This document shows, in pieces, positions 62,866 to 64,000 of a stretch of 64,000 nucleotides of DNA. The DNA lies in the NCBI GenBank assembly GCA_963682005.1, contig OY820914.1, positions 4,878,005 through 4,942,004 of the forward strand, written 5' to 3'. The notes beneath the pieces are model-generated. The model did no database searches. It had not been told where the DNA came from and worked only from the letters and a program-made list of their open reading frames with translations. The number at the start of each line of letters is the position of its first letter. The stretch's first letter is position 1. The position numbers and the translations under genes were made by a program. The stretch comes from Bacteroidales bacterium (GTDB lineage Bacteria > Bacteroidota > Bacteroidia > Bacteroidales > FEN-979).

Positions 62866-64000
62866 TTACTTGTGGCACTTGTCCTCCTTCATAAAGGGAT
62901 AAGTGAATTCAGTAGGAGGAATCAGTGTTTCCTTGATGGTTCGCGGATTTGTCCAACGCAGCAGGTTCAGATAGCTTCCCGATTTGTCATTGGTTCCGGA
63001 ACCCCTGGCTCCCCCGAAGGGTTGTTGTCCCACAACAGCACCTGTAGGCTTGTCATTAAAGTAGATATTTCCTGCAGCATATCTCAGGATCCTGCATGCT
63101 TTATTCAGCGCTTCACGATCTTTTGAGAAAACAGAACCTGTCAGGGCATAGGGAGAAGTCTGGTCGCAGATTTTCAAAGTCTCTTCAAAATCCTTGTCTT
63201 TGTAAAAATAAATTGACATTACCGGCCCGAAGATCTCTTCTTCCATCGTTTTAAAGTGCGGATCTTTTGCAAGAATAACAGTTGGTTCAATAAAATACCC
63301 TGTTGATTTATCGCCATTGCCGCCAAATACCACTTCAGCATCCTTCGATTTCTTAGCAAAATCAATGTATCCCATGATATTATCAAATGATTTCTCATCG
63401 ATCACAGCATTCATGAAATTGCTGAACTCCCGCACATCACCAACAGTAATCTTCGAGATCATTTCCCCCATCCTCGTCCGGATGTCATTCCATAAAGACT
63501 CCGGAATATAGGCTCTGGATGCAGCTGAGCATTTCTGGCCCTGGAATTCGAATGCACCCCGAACAATGGCTACCGCCACCTCCTGCGGATCAGCTGAAGG
63601 ATGGACAAAAATGAAATCCTTACCCCCGGTTTCCCCGACAATTCTTGGATATGACCTGTACACCCGGATATTCTCCGTGATATTCTTCCATATCCCGTTA
63701 AAGGTTTCTGTTGATCCTGTAAAATGGATCCCTGCAAAGTCACGGTGATTCAAAACCCCTTTCCCGATAAGGCTTCCCGGTCCGGGAAGGAAATTGATCA
63801 CCCCATCCGGGACACCAGCTTCCCGGTAGATCTTCATCAGGAAATGATTTGACAATAATGCGGTGGATGAAGGTTTCCAGATAACCGTATTGCCCATCAA
63901 TACCGGCGCCATGTTCAGGTTAGATCCTATTGCCGTGAAATTGAAAGGCGAAACAGTGAAGACAAATCCTTCAAGCGGCCGGTACTCGAACCGGTTGATG
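62866..64000 (-). CDS. pruA: L-glutamate gamma-semialdehyde (1-pyrroline-5-carboxylate) dehydrogenase, N-terminus outside window
   Basis: The frame stays open upstream of the Met at 63912 to the window edge (INRFEYRPLEGFVFTVSPFNFTAIGSNLNMAPVLMGNTVIWKPS). Motifs EEIFGPV and GGARGSGTNDKSG. Confidence 0.85.
   Translation of the reverse strand, partial: INRFEYRPLEGFVFTVSPFNFTAIGSNLNMAPVLMGNTVIWKPSSTALLSNHFLMKIYREAGVPDGVINFLPGPGSLIGKGVLNHRDFAGIHFTGSTETFNGIWKNITENIRVYRSYPRIVGETGGKDFIFVHPSADPQEVAVAIVRGAFEFQGQKCSAASRAYIPESLWNDIRTRMGEMISKITVGDVREFSNFMNAVIDEKSFDNIMGYIDFAKKSKDAEVVFGGNGDKSTGYFIEPTVILAKDPHFKTMEEEIFGPVMSIYFYKDKDFEETLKICDQTSPYALTGSVFSKDREALNKACRILRYAAGNIYFNDKPTGAVVGQQPFGGARGSGTNDKSGSYLNLLRWTNPRTIKETLIPPTEFTYPFMKEDKCHK

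Noticed and set aside
1-64000. tRNA, rRNA, tmRNA, riboswitches (TPP upstream of thiF/thiS, cobalamin near the B12-rSAM, Moco near AOR), and integrase/transposase genes
   Set aside because: I found no cloverleaf-like T-arm/acceptor patterns, no riboswitch core motifs and no recombinase-like ORFs on reading the intergenic regions and the ORF track. A covariance-model scan would be needed to exclude small RNAs.

Overview
This is a chromosomal segment from a Bacteroidota genome. The assignment rests on type IX secretion (T9SS) genes (porV, porU, porP/sprF, gldJ), T9SS C-terminal sorting domains, TAnnTTTG -7 promoter boxes and Bacteroidota-typical envelope families. An aldehyde:ferredoxin oxidoreductase and a B12/radical-SAM enzyme suggest an anaerobe. 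The left ~28 kb is a cell-envelope/accessory block. It holds a 2588-aa and a 962-aa DUF3494 (ice-binding-like) T9SS surface protein, a FISUMP-domain protein, an Mla-like ABC system, two PAP2 phosphatases, DUF3943-, DUF4421- and DUF748-like proteins, an OmpA-like protein and several tiny membrane proteins. The right ~36 kb is mostly core: csp, a TamL-like barrel, a DUF5103/T9SS-plug-like gene, trmH, rpsF-rpsR-rplI, a four-helix-bundle (IVS-type) gene, ispF, porV, three tandem porU paralogues, porP/sprF, gldJ, murF, anmK, folC, thiS-thiF, a biotin-less carboxyltransferase, AOR, yciI, DUF3795 and a truncated pruA. I saw no rRNA, tRNA, CRISPR, transposase or integrase. Main hunt results: (1) Nine copies of a fixed-geometry 56-bp promoter module (TGTAAC-N15-TGTAAC-N21-nAnnTTTG) sit in front of essentially every transcription unit of the left envelope block and are absent from the core genes; this points to a dedicated regulon, possibly under a LytTR-type regulator. 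(2) The T9SS sortase gene porU is triplicated in tandem, and all copies keep the His/Cys motifs. (3) Locus-specific 7-8 nt tandem arrays butt directly against start and stop codons, including inverted heptamer arrays that enclose the four-helix-bundle gene like a 23S IVS stem. (4) The giant adhesin gene contains 13 x 210 bp near-identical coding repeats. All family names come from motif recognition by eye and need HMM or BLAST confirmation.
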